Below, piece by piece: positions 62,931 to 64,000 of a stretch of DNA of 64,000 nucleotides. Position 1 is the stretch's first letter, and each line of letters opens with the position of its first letter. Under the pieces are notes generated by a model that searched no databases, was not told where the DNA came from, and saw nothing but the letters and a program-made list of their open reading frames with translations. Made by a program: the position numbers and the translations under genes. The stretch comes from Alphaproteobacteria bacterium (GTDB lineage Bacteria; Pseudomonadota; Alphaproteobacteria; Rs-D84; SZUA-605): assembly GCA_031549385.1 (NCBI GenBank), contig JAVBPW010000002.1:17841-81840 (forward strand). Direction: 5' to 3'.

Positions 62931-64000
62931 ATTTTATTCTCCTTTTTTAGTTCCATATCCATATATTTCTTAATAATTTCTTTATCATAAAATCTTATTT
63001 TACAGCTTGGAAGCATTAACATTCTGCTTATTTGTAAATCTTCTAAAAATGGTAAGTCGTGACTTACAATAACAAGTGTTCCTCCATAATTAGTTAAAGC
63101 TTTTGCCATTATTTTTTTTGTTGGAATATCTAAATGATTTGTAGGTTCATCGAGAAGAAGTAGATTATTTTGAGCAATACATAGTCTTGCAATTTCAAGT
63201 CTGCTTCTTTCACCAGGGGATAGTGTTTTAACTTCTTGAAAAACTTTATCACCTTTGAAGTTAAAAGAACCTAGTATTGTTCTTATTTGGCTATCGTTAT
63301 AGTTTACACTTGATACTGCGTCCAAAATACTCAATTTTTCATCTATATTTGAATGTTCTTGTTCATAATATCCTATTTTTGTTTTATTTCCAACTTTTAT
63401 GCTACCTTTATCTGACTTTAATAGGCCTGCCATTAACTTTAGCATAGTTGATTTTCCAGCGCCATTTGCCCCAATAATAATAAATCGTTCATTTGGTTCA
63501 ATTTCAAATTCAGCATTTTTTATAACAGGTTTATCTTGAGTATAACCGAAATTTACACTATGAACTTCAATAGGATTTTGAGTTTCTTGTTTTTCTACCT
63601 TTAAATCTATTTTAATTTCTTTTTGTTTTTTAGGTGGTTCAAGCATATTTTCTTTCATTTTATCAAGTAATTTTTCTTTACTTTGTGCCTGACGCTTCAT
63701 TTTTCCAGACTTGCCTTTTTGTGTATCTATAAATTTTTGCAAATGTTCTATTTTTAAACTTTGATTTTTTAATTGTTTTTCTAAATGTAAATTATTTTCT
63801 TCAACTTGTGATAGAAACTTCTGGTAACTACAATTATAAATATTTGTAGATTTAGTTTGATTATCAATGTATAAAATTTTATTTGCTAATTTATTTAAAA
63901 AATCTTCGTCATGAGAGACAAATAGAACAGAAATTTTTAAATTTTTAAGGTAATCAATAACCCAATCTTTCGTTTCTTTATCTAAATGATTTGTTGGTTC
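62927..64000 (-). CDS. ABC-F family ATPase (partial, runs off the window)
   Basis: My translation shows the frame stays open to base 64000 (EPTNHLDKETKDW...). Charged interdomain linker, second ABC domain with GANGAGKST, LSPGERSRL and LLLDEPTNHLD. The stop overlaps the radical-SAM start (ATGTGATGA). Confidence 0.85.
   Translation of the reverse strand, partial: EPTNHLDKETKDWVIDYLKNLKISVLFVSHDEDFLNKLANKILYIDNQTKSTNIYNCSYQKFLSQVEENNLHLEKQLKNQSLKIEHLQKFIDTQKGKSGKMKRQAQSKEKLLDKMKENMLEPPKKQKEIKIDLKVEKQETQNPIEVHSVNFGYTQDKPVIKNAEFEIEPNERFIIIGANGAGKSTMLKLMAGLLKSDKGSIKVGNKTKIGYYEQEHSNIDEKLSILDAVSSVNYNDSQIRTILGSFNFKGDKVFQEVKTLSPGERSRLEIARLCIAQNNLLLLDEPTNHLDIPTKKIMAKALTNYGGTLVIVSHDLPFLEDLQISRMLMLPSCKIRFYDKEIIKKYMDMELKKENKM

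Noticed and set aside
1-64000. Search by eye for tRNA, rRNA, CRISPR arrays and IS elements.
   Set aside because: No T-arm-like GGTTCGAATCC-type motifs in intergenic regions, no regularly spaced direct repeats and no transposase-like ORFs were found. Absence is by visual inspection only and should be confirmed with tRNAscan-SE, Infernal, CRISPR finders and ISfinder.

Overview
AT-rich (roughly 30% G+C by eye), gene-dense chromosomal segment from a diderm (Gram-negative-type) bacterium. I support about 45 protein-coding genes. I saw no rRNA, tRNA, CRISPR array, transposase or integrase. Housekeeping genes: def, rmuC, mlaEF, an alphaproteobacterial-type addB-like nuclease, xth, fabG, tyrS (archaeal/eukaryotic type), cysS, serS, pal, family-4 udg, ogt. 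These are interleaved with accessory and envelope functions. Main blocks: (1) 7.5-20.1 kb, a co-directional minus-strand block. It holds a VirD4/TraG-type coupling protein, an R64/ICE-style type IVb pilus assembly set (PilL/N/O/P/Q/R-like), fabG and a short ComEC. It has no type IV prepilin or prepilin peptidase. A VirB2/TrbC-like small pilin gene lies divergently upstream. This is my best candidate for an unusual system. (2) 25.1-28.8 kb, a glycan synthesis and methylation cluster (GT2, FkbM methyltransferase, GT17, SAM methyltransferase). (3) Sulfatase genes: an MBL-fold alkylsulfatase, and an anSME radical-SAM maturase followed by a Ser-type arylsulfatase. (4) An alpha-2-macroglobulin/PbpC operon with a tightly packed (1-nt gap) MGMT-like gene. 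(5) An 11-kb gene for a 3665-aa Pmp-repeat autotransporter that carries an extra OmpA-like domain after its beta-barrel. (6) 61.7-64.0 kb, an ABC-F ATPase, a frameshifted radical-SAM/SPASM gene, and an untracked 31-codon ORF with a strong RBS and a terminator. Non-coding signals: four same-orientation copies of a ~105-135-nt palindromic element with a conserved ~35-nt core and covarying arms; a conspicuously GC-rich ORF-free island at 60.78-61.06 kb; and two promoter-plus-hairpin small-RNA candidates in the first 450 nt. All family assignments come from motif reading of the translations. No database search was run.
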